From Chitinophagaceae bacterium (GTDB lineage Bacteria; Bacteroidota; Bacteroidia; Chitinophagales; Chitinophagaceae), in the NCBI GenBank assembly GCA_041743125.1, contig JBGTNK010000025.1, positions 5,969 through 69,968 of the forward strand: DNA of 64,000 nucleotides. Direction: 5' to 3'. Shown here piece after piece: positions 49,211-59,442 of the stretch. The position numbers and the translations under genes were made by a program. Every line of letters starts with the position of its first letter. Position 1 is the first letter of the stretch. The notes below the pieces were generated by a model that saw only the letters and a program-made list of their open reading frames with translations, made no database searches and was not told where the DNA came from.

Positions 49211-52200
49211 TTGGACAAAAATTCTGCTCATATTTTACGTGTGATGGTATCATTTTTTACCATCTTATTGGCCTTTACAGTTCAATCTAACGCCCGTTTC
49301 TATCAGAATCCGACAACAACCCAGGTTGATACTTCCAAAATTGATACGCTTCGTTTCCCGATTACTGACCGATATGGTGATCCTTTTACCAACCCTAACC
49401 GAAATACATTTGATTTCAGTGATACCGCTTTCATCAAGCGCAATGTTGAATATGACCCGATTACCGGTCAATATTTTGTGATAGAAAAAATTGGAGGCAA
49501 AAATTACCGAACCCCTGTCACCTTTACCCGGGACGAATTTCTTCGACTGCAAGGGAAAAAAGATGAAAACGCCTATTTCAGAAAGAGGGCCGATATGCTT
49601 GTTGATATGAACCGCCGGCTCTTCAAGCCAAAATTCAATTCAAATAAAGGATGGTTCAACCGGATAGTTGGCGTTGGCAAGGTTGATATAAAACCCTCCG
49701 GGTATGTGGATCTGCTGGCAGGTTACCAGGGACAGAATATAAAGAATCCAACTTTGCCTGAAAGGGCCAGGAAAAACGGGGGACTGGATTTTAATATGAA
49801 TGCGCAGCTACAGGTTGATGCCAATATAGGAGATAAATTAAAACTTCCAATAAATTATAACACCTTAGCCAATTTTGAATTCGAGAATCAATTGAATTTA
49901 AATTACCAGGGTAAGGATGACGAGATCATAAAACAGTTTCAGCTTGGGAATGTTAATTTCACTTCCAAAGGAACTTTGATACCCGGAGCTCAATCCTTAT
50001 TTGGTATAAAGACACAACTTCAATTTGGAAAATTATTTGTCACCGGGGTATTGGCTAATCAAAGGGCCCAGCGCCAATCACTGGATATGCAAGGGGGATC
50101 GGCTTCGCAAATATTTTCATTAAAAGCAGACGAATATGAAGAGAACAGGCACTTTTTATTAGCTCAATATTTCCGCAATAATTACAATAAGGCAATGAGT
50201 CAATTGCCGGTTGTTAATTCAGTTGTACAAATATTGCGGATGGAAGTATGGGTAACAAACAGAGTGGGAGCCACCACGGATACAAGAGATATTGTTGCCC
50301 TTATGGATTTGGGTGAAGGGGATCCTTTTATAGGCCCTCCCGGTAATCCCAATACTTTGCCTGATAACGGAGCCAATAGCCTGTACCGGAATATACTTTC
50401 CAATCCAAACAGCCGCAACTCATCGCTGGTGCAGGGCTCACTTACCGGCATGGGACTTAAGCCCGTTCAGGATTTTGAAAAAACTTTCGCCCGCAAATTA
50501 TTGCCTTCCGATTATTATTATAATCCCCAAATAGGATTTCTATCTCTCACCCAGCCTTTACAGCCGGATGAAGTATTGGGCGTGGCTTTTCAATATACGT
50601 ACAATGGCCGTGTATTCCAGGTGGGTGAATTTTCACAAGATGTTCCTCCTGATACATCGGGTTCTACCCAGCGAGTTTTATTTCTGAAATTATTAAAAGC
50701 CACATCGCAGCGTACCAACCTGCCTATATGGGACCTGATGATGAAGAATGTGTATTCTGTAGGATATGGCCAGCTGGAAAGGAATGATTTCAAACTTGAC
50801 CTGATCTATGAGGAACCCAGCCTGGGAGAAAAAAGATATTTACCTCCGGATGATGTTTTGCCTCAGTACCAGGGCCAGCCTATACTTTCATTGGTCAATT
50901 TGGATCGGTTAAATAACCAAAATGATCCGCAACCGGATGGCGTATTTGACTTTATTGAAGGGTTTACAATTTTGTCCTCAATGAGCCGGATCGTTTTTCC
51001 GGTTTTGGAACCTTTTGGTCACGACCTGGATTATGTGTACAGTTCCCAGGCTTTGCGTGAAAAATATCTCTATTATCCATTATATGATACTATAAAGGCG
51101 ATTGCTCAAACCTTTGCAAACCTTAATCGCTTTGAAATTAACGGACGTTCCAAATCAACCTCATCCGGAGGTGATTACCAGCTTGGATTCAATATCCCCC
51201 GTGGTTCAGTTACAGTTACGTCAGGAGGGCAGGCGCTGCAGGAAAATATTGACTATGAGATCAATTATGATCTGGGAACCTTACGGGTAATCAACCAGGC
51301 CATTATCAACTCGGGTGTACCTGTAAATATTCAATATGAAAACCAGGCAGCCTTTGGCATACAACAACGAAATTATATGGGGCTTCGCCTGGATTATTTT
51401 GCCAATAAAAAACTAACTCTTGGAGGAACAATAGCCCGGCTGGGAGAAAGACCCTTTTTTGTAAAACAAGGATATGGAGATGATCCAATAAGGAATACCA
51501 TGTACGGACTGGATGCCGATTACCGAAGTGATTGGCCCCGGCTGACCAAGTGGATAAATAAATTGCCTTTCTATAATTCGCAGGAGGTTTCATCTATTAC
51601 TGCTTATGCGGAAGCAGCCATGCTTCAACCCGGCCATGCCCCTCAAATTGGAAAGGGGAATGCGGGCCTGGTATATATTGATGATTTTGAGGGCACCCGC
51701 TCAGGCATTGACCTTCGTTTTCCATTGATCAGCTGGAATCTTTCTTCTGTACCCCAGGGAAATGGATTATTTCCCGAATCATCATTAGACAATAACCTGG
51801 CAAGCGGATATAATCGGAGTAAAATAGCCTGGTATAATATAGAGCCTGTCTTACAGGAAAGAGGAAATAATAACAATCCTTATCAAAATAATCCGGCTGA
51901 ATTATCAAAACCCGAAACCAGGCAGGTATTGCAAAGAGAAATATTTCCTCAACGCACTACCGATTTTGGCCAGGGGTTATTAACCACATTTGACCTGGCT
52001 TATTACCCTAAAGAAAAGGGTCCTTATAATTTTGAAAACAGAAGTGGAAGGATCAATCCGGATGGAAGTTTGGCTAATCCGAAACAAGCCTGGGGAGGTC
52101 TTATGCGTAATATCGATCAAACGGATTTTGAAACCAGCAATATTGAGTATATCGAATTCTGGATGCAGGACCCCTATGTAATTAATCAGGCTAGTACAGG

Positions 52201-55200
52201 AGGTCAATTATATTTTAACCTGGGAACTATTTCCGAAGATGTTTTAAAAGATGGTAAGCGTCAGTATGAGAACGGCCTACCCACCCCTACCAATAATGCA
52301 CAGGTAGATAACAATACGGTTTGGGGTAAGGTTCCTTCTAATCCGTTACAGGTTACAAATGCTTTTAGCAATGAACCAAGCGACCGGCAATTCCAGGACG
52401 TAGGTTTTGATGGGCTGACGGATGAAGAAGAAAAAATTAAATTTAGTCCATACCTGGCCAGTTTGCCTCCCGCGGCACAGGCAAAAGCACAGGCAGACCC
52501 CTCTGCAGATAATTTCAAACCCTACCGTGATCCGTCCTATGATGTAGCCGGAGTTGGAATACTAAGAAGGTATAAAGACATTAATAATCCGCATGGCAAC
52601 TCACCGGTATCAGATAACAAAAGCCAGTTTGTAAATGCATTTACACAATATCCGGACGCGGAAGAGCTCAACCGTGATAATACATTAAGTGAATCCGAAG
52701 AATATTTTCAATATAAAGTGGACATTAAGCCCAATATGCTGGTGGGCACAAATTTTATTACTGACAAAAGAGTTGTCAATATCAATCTCCCCGATAATTC
52801 AAGCCGTGCTGAAACCTGGTACCTGTTCCGGATTCCTGTTTCAGATTATGAAAGTAAAGTCGGTAATATTCCGGATTTCAAATCAGTGAGGTTTATCCGA
52901 ATGTTTGCAACTGGATTTGAAGACCAGGTGGTGATGCGCTTTGGAAAACTTGAACTGGTAAGAAATCAATGGCGAAATTTTCAATATGTAATTGATACCA
53001 CCGGCCAGTACAAAAACCTGCCGGCCAATGACCCGGTTGAATTTAATACACTGGCGGTTAATTTGGAAGAAAATGATCAACGCCAGCCGGTACGATATGT
53101 AAGTCCGCCGGGCATTGACAGACAACAGCAGTTAAGTAATAATAATGTCCAGTTATTTCTGAATGAGCAGGCACTGAGCGTTCAGCTTTGTGATCTGCCA
53201 AACATGCAATCCAGAGGGGTTTTTAAAACGATCAACCTCGACATGCGCCAGTATGGTAAAATGAGAATGTTTATACATGCGGAAGGAACAGGAAGTGATG
53301 CAGCAATTGCCGACAATTCATTAACGGCAATTGTTAGAATTGGAAGTGATTTCCAGGGCAACTATTATGAAGTAAGAGTACCGTTGAAGAAGACAAACTG
53401 GGGAGAAACGGATAGCCTCCGGATCTGGCCTGAACAAAATAATCTTGACTTTGATCTACAGGAATTGAGCCGGCTAAAATCACGGCGTAATCAACAGGCA
53501 GTTCCTTCATCAGAATATTACAGCGAAACCTTAGCGGATGGAAGAAGGTATGCTGTCATTGGAAACCCTAACCTGGGGGAGGTAAAAGGAATGCTGCTTT
53601 CAGTGGAAAATACCAACCTGCCAACGGCATGCGCTGAAGTGTGGTTTAATGAACTTCGTTTTTCTCACCTGGATGAAAAAGGCGGCTGGGCTGCGTTGGG
53701 CCGTGTGGATTTAAAACTGGCGGACCTGGGTAGTCTTACCCTCTCCGGAACAGCGAGAAGCAGGGGCTTTGGTACCCTGGAGCAAAGAGTAAATGAAAGA
53801 AGCCGTGAAGACCTTTACACCTTTGATCTTTCTGCAAATATTGATGCCGGTAAATTATTACCAAACGAGTTGGGCATTCAAATTCCTGTCTATGCCGGGA
53901 TCAGCCGGTTAACAAGTACCCCGGAGTACGATCCTTATGACCTCGACATCAAGCTCAATGAAAAATTAGACTACACCAATGGCAAACAGGCAAAAGATTC
54001 TATCAGGAACAATGCGCAGGATATCACAACCATTAAAACGTTGAATTTTACCAACGTCAGAAAAAATAAAACGGATGGCAAGCAACCGAATATATGGAGT
54101 GTGACCAATTTTGATCTCAACTACTCCTTCCTGGAAACCAATCAGCACAACCCGCTTATTGAAAATTACACCATGCGGAGAACAAGAGGTGCTTTAGGTT
54201 ATAATTATGCTCCCAAACCAAAATATGTAGAACCCTTCAAGCAATTGATTAAATCAAAATCAAAATGGCTTAGTCTTATCAAGGATATTAATTTTAATTA
54301 TGTTCCTTCTCAATTATCATTCAAGGCAGATATCTTCAGACAGTTTGGCGCCACAAGACCAAGAAATGTAGGCGGCGGACCTTATAAGATACCTGAGACC
54401 TACGATAAATATTACACCTTTGACAGGTATTACATTTTGCAATGGCCGTTAACGAGATCAATATCCCTGGATTTTACCGCTACAAATAATGCAAGGGTAG
54501 ATGAACCATTCGGCCGCATTGACACAAAAGAAAAAAAGGATTCGGTTCAAAGGAATATTTTTAAAGGGGGACGTAATACTCAATATAGCCAGCAGGCTAC
54601 ATTAACTTATAATGTGCCTATGCAAAAAATTCCACTGCTCGACTGGACAACGTTAAGAGCTTCCTACAGCACTCAATACAACTGGCTGGCTTCGTCTTTG
54701 CTGGCCAGAGATCTTGGAAATACCCTGTCTAATTCCCAAACCAGAACAGTAAACGGAGAATTAAACTTTGAACAACTATATAACAAATCAAGATTTCTCC
54801 GTGCAGTTAATTCAGCGCCTGCAGGCAATAAAAAAAATAAAGACAGTTCACGGGTAAATGAACCTAAAAAAGTAAATGATAAACAAAAAATAAAAACATC
54901 AGTTGATATCCCTGATTCAATAAGGGCAAAAATGACTCCGAAGGAATTGAAAAAAGCAAGGAAAGAGGCTCGGCGGAAAGACAAAGAAGAAAGAAGAAAA
55001 TTAAAACAACAAAGAAAAAGTGAACCGCTGGAAATTGGTGGCCTGGCAAGGTTAGCCGGTGGAATTGCTACATCAGTAAAAAGAGTAGGTATACAATACA
55101 ATGAAGATATGGGCACTATCCTGCCCGGATATATGGATAGTACAAATGTGCTGGGAGCAAATGTAAAAAATGGCAACCCTGGCTTTAACTATATTTTCGG

Positions 55201-56473
55201 ATACCAACCGGACACCAGCTGGATCAATCGTTTTGGCGCCAGGGGATTGTTATCTATGGATACCTTGGTATCCGCTATGATACAACAGCGGTATAACCAG
55301 CGGTTAAATGTTACAGCCCAGGTCAGCCCGTTCCGCGATCTCAATATTGATATCAATATTGACAAGTCATTCAGCAAGCAATACTCTGAACTATATAAGG
55401 ACACCAGTAAGTTTGATAATGTAGGATTGACAAGACTAAACCCATATGCCATGGGAAGTTTCAGCATCAGCTACATTTCCTATCAAACCATGTTTACCAA
55501 ATTTGATCCCAATATTATATCGGCCACCTTTAAAGAATTTGAATCAAACAGGGTACTGCTATCTCAAAAATTAAAAGGATTAAATCCTTATGCCAATTCA
55601 AATGCGGTAGATCCAGATGGATATGTTCAAGGCTATGGCCGCTATGCACAGGATGTGGTAATACCCGCTTTCCTGGCTGCCTACACCAATAAGGATCCCG
55701 GGTCTGTTAAGCTATTTAAAAATAGTAATCCGGGTATACGTTCCAATCCCTTTGGAGGATTAATTCCACGACCAAACTGGACTGTTAGTTATAATGGCCT
55801 GTCCCGGATACCAGGCATTGACAAAATATTTTCCAATGTCAATATCAAACATGGATACCACAGCACACTAAGTATGAATAGTTTTAATACAGCGCTGTTA
55901 TACCAGGATCCTTTCCGGGTTAGTTATCCATTTTTCCGGGATACACTTACCGGAAACTATATTCCATTTTTCCTGGTACCCAATATTACAATACAGGAAA
56001 GCTTTGATCCTCTTATTGAAGTTGATATGACCTTTACTAATCAACTATCAATAAGAGCAGAATTTAGGAAAACCCGGTCACTAAGTTTAAGCCTGATTGA
56101 TTACCAGCTGGCAGAAAATCGCTCAACAGAAACTACAGTTGGTTTTAACTGGCGAAAAAAAGGGTTACCCTTTTTCAAGAATGTTACCATCGGCAAAAAA
56201 GGATTAAAACTGGACAATGATGTTACTTTCCGGTTTGATTTCAGTATTCGTGATGACGCCACTGCAAACAGTAAACTTGACCAGGGAACTTCGTTTGGCA
56301 CATCGGGTCAGAAGGTAATTCGCATAGCTCCTTCTATTGATTATATTCTAAATAACCGGGTAAGCCTGAAATTATATTTTGAACAAAACCGTAACATACC
56401 CAAGATCAGTAATGCATTTCCTATTACCAATACCAGGGGTGGTCTACAGGTACGCATATCGCTGGCACAGTAA
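49211..56473 (+). CDS. sprA: T9SS outer-membrane translocon SprA/Sov
   Basis: 2420 aa; FENQLNLNYQGKDDEIIK, EYEENRHFLL, YIDDFEG, WFNELR, LGSLTLSG motifs; ruvA-sprA gene order. Confidence 0.95.
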   Translation: MDKNSAHILRVMVSFFTILLAFTVQSNARFYQNPTTTQVDTSKIDTLRFPITDRYGDPFTNPNRNTFDFSDTAFIKRNVEYDPITGQYFVIEKIGGKNYRTPVTFTRDEFLRLQGKKDENAYFRKRADMLVDMNRRLFKPKFNSNKGWFNRIVGVGKVDIKPSGYVDLLAGYQGQNIKNPTLPERARKNGGLDFNMNAQLQVDANIGDKLKLPINYNTLANFEFENQLNLNYQGKDDEIIKQFQLGNVNFTSKGTLIPGAQSLFGIKTQLQFGKLFVTGVLANQRAQRQSLDMQGGSASQIFSLKADEYEENRHFLLAQYFRNNYNKAMSQLPVVNSVVQILRMEVWVTNRVGATTDTRDIVALMDLGEGDPFIGPPGNPNTLPDNGANSLYRNILSNPNSRNSSLVQGSLTGMGLKPVQDFEKTFARKLLPSDYYYNPQIGFLSLTQPLQPDEVLGVAFQYTYNGRVFQVGEFSQDVPPDTSGSTQRVLFLKLLKATSQRTNLPIWDLMMKNVYSVGYGQLERNDFKLDLIYEEPSLGEKRYLPPDDVLPQYQGQPILSLVNLDRLNNQNDPQPDGVFDFIEGFTILSSMSRIVFPVLEPFGHDLDYVYSSQALREKYLYYPLYDTIKAIAQTFANLNRFEINGRSKSTSSGGDYQLGFNIPRGSVTVTSGGQALQENIDYEINYDLGTLRVINQAIINSGVPVNIQYENQAAFGIQQRNYMGLRLDYFANKKLTLGGTIARLGERPFFVKQGYGDDPIRNTMYGLDADYRSDWPRLTKWINKLPFYNSQEVSSITAYAEAAMLQPGHAPQIGKGNAGLVYIDDFEGTRSGIDLRFPLISWNLSSVPQGNGLFPESSLDNNLASGYNRSKIAWYNIEPVLQERGNNNNPYQNNPAELSKPETRQVLQREIFPQRTTDFGQGLLTTFDLAYYPKEKGPYNFENRSGRINPDGSLANPKQAWGGLMRNIDQTDFETSNIEYIEFWMQDPYVINQASTGGQLYFNLGTISEDVLKDGKRQYENGLPTPTNNAQVDNNTVWGKVPSNPLQVTNAFSNEPSDRQFQDVGFDGLTDEEEKIKFSPYLASLPPAAQAKAQADPSADNFKPYRDPSYDVAGVGILRRYKDINNPHGNSPVSDNKSQFVNAFTQYPDAEELNRDNTLSESEEYFQYKVDIKPNMLVGTNFITDKRVVNINLPDNSSRAETWYLFRIPVSDYESKVGNIPDFKSVRFIRMFATGFEDQVVMRFGKLELVRNQWRNFQYVIDTTGQYKNLPANDPVEFNTLAVNLEENDQRQPVRYVSPPGIDRQQQLSNNNVQLFLNEQALSVQLCDLPNMQSRGVFKTINLDMRQYGKMRMFIHAEGTGSDAAIADNSLTAIVRIGSDFQGNYYEVRVPLKKTNWGETDSLRIWPEQNNLDFDLQELSRLKSRRNQQAVPSSEYYSETLADGRRYAVIGNPNLGEVKGMLLSVENTNLPTACAEVWFNELRFSHLDEKGGWAALGRVDLKLADLGSLTLSGTARSRGFGTLEQRVNERSREDLYTFDLSANIDAGKLLPNELGIQIPVYAGISRLTSTPEYDPYDLDIKLNEKLDYTNGKQAKDSIRNNAQDITTIKTLNFTNVRKNKTDGKQPNIWSVTNFDLNYSFLETNQHNPLIENYTMRRTRGALGYNYAPKPKYVEPFKQLIKSKSKWLSLIKDINFNYVPSQLSFKADIFRQFGATRPRNVGGGPYKIPETYDKYYTFDRYYILQWPLTRSISLDFTATNNARVDEPFGRIDTKEKKDSVQRNIFKGGRNTQYSQQATLTYNVPMQKIPLLDWTTLRASYSTQYNWLASSLLARDLGNTLSNSQTRTVNGELNFEQLYNKSRFLRAVNSAPAGNKKNKDSSRVNEPKKVNDKQKIKTSVDIPDSIRAKMTPKELKKARKEARRKDKEERRKLKQQRKSEPLEIGGLARLAGGIATSVKRVGIQYNEDMGTILPGYMDSTNVLGANVKNGNPGFNYIFGYQPDTSWINRFGARGLLSMDTLVSAMIQQRYNQRLNVTAQVSPFRDLNIDINIDKSFSKQYSELYKDTSKFDNVGLTRLNPYAMGSFSISYISYQTMFTKFDPNIISATFKEFESNRVLLSQKLKGLNPYANSNAVDPDGYVQGYGRYAQDVVIPAFLAAYTNKDPGSVKLFKNSNPGIRSNPFGGLIPRPNWTVSYNGLSRIPGIDKIFSNVNIKHGYHSTLSMNSFNTALLYQDPFRVSYPFFRDTLTGNYIPFFLVPNITIQESFDPLIEVDMTFTNQLSIRAEFRKTRSLSLSLIDYQLAENRSTETTVGFNWRKKGLPFFKNVTIGKKGLKLDNDVTFRFDFSIRDDATANSKLDQGTSFGTSGQKVIRIAPSIDYILNNRVSLKLYFEQNRNIPKISNAFPITNTRGGLQVRISLAQ

Positions 56474-56480
56474 ACAATTA

Positions 56481-56488
56481 TATCTTTG
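56481..56488 (+). promoter_or_regulatory. Candidate -7 promoter box for the nucleotide-sugar trio
   Basis: TATCTTTG, 7 nt after the sprA stop; no -33 TTTG seen. Confidence 0.5.
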
Positions 56489-56566
56489 ATCCTGCCTCTC
56501 ATTCCAATATTCTTAAACAGGATTTTCAGAAACATTCAGCCTGGTTAATATTAATTGATTCAAATA

Positions 56567-57580
56567 ATGAAGGATATTGTAATTGGTGTTATCGGATATG
56601 GCTATTGGGGGCCTAATATGGTCCGAAATTTTTTTTGTTCTGATGATTGCCAGGTGAAGGCGGTGGCAGATGTACGGAAAGATCGGCTGTGCGGAATCGC
56701 AAAACTATACCCGTCAATAAATGCTCTTGACAATGCTGAAGAAATAATCGACGATCCCGATATTAATGCAGTCGTTATTGCAACGCCAGTTTTTTCTCAT
56801 TATACTCTTGCCAAAAAAGCGTTAGAAAATGGCAAGCATGTTTTAATTGAAAAGCCGCTGGCATCGTCCGTGGCAGAATCAGAAGAATTGATTGCCCTTG
56901 CGGGAAAAAGAGATCTCACCCTGATGGTTGACCACACATTTCTTTATACCGGAGCTGTGCAGAAAATGAAAGAACTAATGGATAGTGGCGCTATTGGTAT
57001 TCCGCTGTATTTTGACTCCTCTCGTATCAACCTGGGATTATTTCAACCGGATATAAATGTGCTTTGGGACCTGGCCGCACATGATATTTCAATTCTCCTG
57101 TATCTTATTAAGGAAATTCCTGCCAGTGTAAATGCCACGGGAATTTCTCATACCCAAAACGGAATAGAAAACATCGCTTACCTGACAATTAATTATCATT
57201 CAGATTTTATTGCACATATAAATAGCTCCTGGTCTTCTCCCGTAAAAGTGCGTCAAACGTTAATAGGTGGAGCTAAGAAAATGATTTTATACAATGACCT
57301 GGAACCGTCAGAAAAATTAAGAGTTTATGATACCGGCTATAACCACATAACTGACGAAGAAAAAAATAAAGTGTTGGTTGATTATCGCATAGGAGATATT
57401 TACATTCCAAAATTATTAAACCAGGAAGCATTATCGGCGGTGGCAGGAGATTTTATACAATCTATACTACATAAAAAAGAACCCCTTTCAAATGCACACC
57501 TTGGCATGGATGTGGTGAAAATTTTAGAGGCGTCTCAGCAATCTTTAAAAGAAAACGGAAGAGAAATAAAACTAAAATAA
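56567..57580 (+). CDS. Gfo/Idh/MocA oxidoreductase, WbpB/WlbA-like NDP-sugar 3-dehydrogenase candidate
   Basis: GVIGYGYWGPN, HVLIEKP, VDHTFLY, WDLAAHD. Cytoplasmic and coupled to an N-acetyltransferase gene. Confidence 0.75.
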   Translation: MKDIVIGVIGYGYWGPNMVRNFFCSDDCQVKAVADVRKDRLCGIAKLYPSINALDNAEEIIDDPDINAVVIATPVFSHYTLAKKALENGKHVLIEKPLASSVAESEELIALAGKRDLTLMVDHTFLYTGAVQKMKELMDSGAIGIPLYFDSSRINLGLFQPDINVLWDLAAHDISILLYLIKEIPASVNATGISHTQNGIENIAYLTINYHSDFIAHINSSWSSPVKVRQTLIGGAKKMILYNDLEPSEKLRVYDTGYNHITDEEKNKVLVDYRIGDIYIPKLLNQEALSAVAGDFIQSILHKKEPLSNAHLGMDVVKILEASQQSLKENGREIKLK

Positions 57581-57582
57581 CG

Positions 57583-58071
57583 ATGGAAGTTATCTCAATT
57601 AATAACGGCAAACAAAGTCTGAATAATATCCGGATAGGGAAGAATGTTCGCATCTTCGATTTTGTAAATGCCTATGAGTGCAGCATAGGAGATGGAAGTA
57701 AAGTAGGAGCATTTGTTGAAATTCAAAAGGGCGTTGTAATAGGCGAAAATTGTAAAATATCCAGCCATAGTTTTTTATGCGAGGGTGTAAAGATTGAGGA
57801 CAATGTATTCATAGGCCATGGGGTCATGTTTACAAACGATCTTTTTCCGCGGGCAACCAATGCGGATGGTAGTCTTCAAACCGCTGCAGACTGGAAAGTG
57901 ATAGAAACCCTCATAAAAAAAGGTGCTTCTGTCGGAAGTAATGCAACTATTCTTTGTGGTATTACAATAGGCGAAAATGCATTGGTGGGTGCAGGATCTG
58001 TTGTTACAAAAGATGTTGCTGCCAATACCATTGTAGCCGGCTCCCCCGCTAAGGTGATGAAGACAATTTAA
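57583..58071 (+). CDS. Hexapeptide-repeat (left-handed beta-helix) sugar N-acetyltransferase, WbpD/WlbB/FdtC-like
   Basis: IGENCKISSHSFLCEGVKIEDNVFIGHGVMFTNDLFPRA...GASVGSNATIL...GAGSVVTKDV. Confidence 0.85.
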   Translation: MEVISINNGKQSLNNIRIGKNVRIFDFVNAYECSIGDGSKVGAFVEIQKGVVIGENCKISSHSFLCEGVKIEDNVFIGHGVMFTNDLFPRATNADGSLQTAADWKVIETLIKKGASVGSNATILCGITIGENALVGAGSVVTKDVAANTIVAGSPAKVMKTI

Positions 58072-58122
58072 TTAAGCAGGAGAATTTTTTTATAAAAAAT
58101 CAGGACACTGGAAAAAAACGAT

Positions 58123-59397
58123 ATGGGAAGGATAAGCATAATTGGTTTTGGAAAAATAGGACAGGCTATAGCGGCAAATATCCTGAGGCAAAATATCAAT
58201 GTAACGGCTATTGATACAAACCCGGGCTTGCATATTGCTTTTGAGAAAGGTGAATATAAAACAAAGGAACCGGGGATATGGAACAGTTTAACCCATGCGT
58301 ACGAGAATAATAAACTGGCAATTACCACCAATTTTGCCTTCGCTAAAGAAAGCGATGCCATAATAATTGCTATTTCCCTTTTAATAGATCAAAATAAGAA
58401 AATACAGTACGGGCCTTTTTTGGAGGCAATTAAAAATCTAATCCCATTTTTAGTTGAAAAAACACTTATCGTTATAGAGACTTCTGTTCCTGTTGGTTTT
58501 GCAAGGGATATTATCCTGCCTTTTATTGAGAAAGAAGGAAAAGTGCACGGAAAAGATTTTCTGCTTGCCCATAGTCCTGAAAGAATCAAGAGCGGATCCA
58601 TGTTAAAACAATTGGGTCAAATTCCCAAAGTGATTGGAGGAATTTCAGAAGAAGCTACCGGGAAAGCATATGAAATTTACCAATGGTTTTTTGATCAAAA
58701 GTTATTGTATAAAGTGGAAACTATTGAAGCTGCTGAAATGTTGAAAATGGCCGGGATGATTTACCGGGATGTGAATATCGCTTTATCTAATCAACTGGCT
58801 CAATATGCCAACAAAAAAGAAATTGATTACGCCGTATTAATTCCTCTTATCAATACTGATAAAGAAGCGAATTTACTACAACCCGGGATTGGAGTAGGTG
58901 GCCATTGTACCCCTGTGTATCCCTATTTCCTGATCGATAATTTTCAACAGGCAGGTTTCGACTTTACATTGGCAAAACAAAGCAGAGTAATAAATGATAA
59001 CATGGCCGGCTATTCTATTTCCCTGGTCAGTGATCTGGTCAAAAATAAAAAGGCTTTGATTTTGGGATTGTCCTTTCGTCCTAATGTAAAAGAAGATGCC
59101 TTGAGCACTACTTACCTGCTCAATGAAGAGTTGTTAAAAGCTGGTTTTGAAGTTTGGGTAAATGATATTGAATTTGATGAAGAAGAAATAAAGGAAAGAA
59201 ATCTACAACCCTGCATTAATATCTACGATAGTAATTGCGAAGTGGCCTTTCTGGTGACCCTTCATAAAGAATATAGTTTGATCGATTTTGAAAAATTAGC
59301 CAGCAGCGGAATAAAATTTTTCCTTGACGGGAGAAATAGTATTCCCAGAGATAAAGTTGAGAAAGCTGGAATTATATACCTGGGAATAGGCCATTAA
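58123..59397 (+). CDS. NDP-sugar 6-dehydrogenase (WbpA/WecC/UDP-glucose dehydrogenase family), divergent
   Basis: GFGKIG Rossmann motif, SPERIKSG, AEMLK, RDVNIA, PGIGVGGHC (catalytic Cys). Confidence 0.85.
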   Translation: MGRISIIGFGKIGQAIAANILRQNINVTAIDTNPGLHIAFEKGEYKTKEPGIWNSLTHAYENNKLAITTNFAFAKESDAIIIAISLLIDQNKKIQYGPFLEAIKNLIPFLVEKTLIVIETSVPVGFARDIILPFIEKEGKVHGKDFLLAHSPERIKSGSMLKQLGQIPKVIGGISEEATGKAYEIYQWFFDQKLLYKVETIEAAEMLKMAGMIYRDVNIALSNQLAQYANKKEIDYAVLIPLINTDKEANLLQPGIGVGGHCTPVYPYFLIDNFQQAGFDFTLAKQSRVINDNMAGYSISLVSDLVKNKKALILGLSFRPNVKEDALSTTYLLNEELLKAGFEVWVNDIEFDEEEIKERNLQPCINIYDSNCEVAFLVTLHKEYSLIDFEKLASSGIKFFLDGRNSIPRDKVEKAGIIYLGIGH

Positions 59398-59416
59398 CAA
59401 ATTCTGTGAAATGGAA

Positions 59417-59435
59417 ACTACCTTGATCAGGTAGT
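59417..59435. terminator. Hairpin between convergent genes
   Basis: ACTACCT-TGATC-AGGTAGT; no strong U-tract. Confidence 0.4.
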
Positions 59436-59442
59436 CAAACTA

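Noticed and set aside
48591-56473. ruvA-sprA adjacency as a novelty
   Set aside because: This gene order is common in Bacteroidota.
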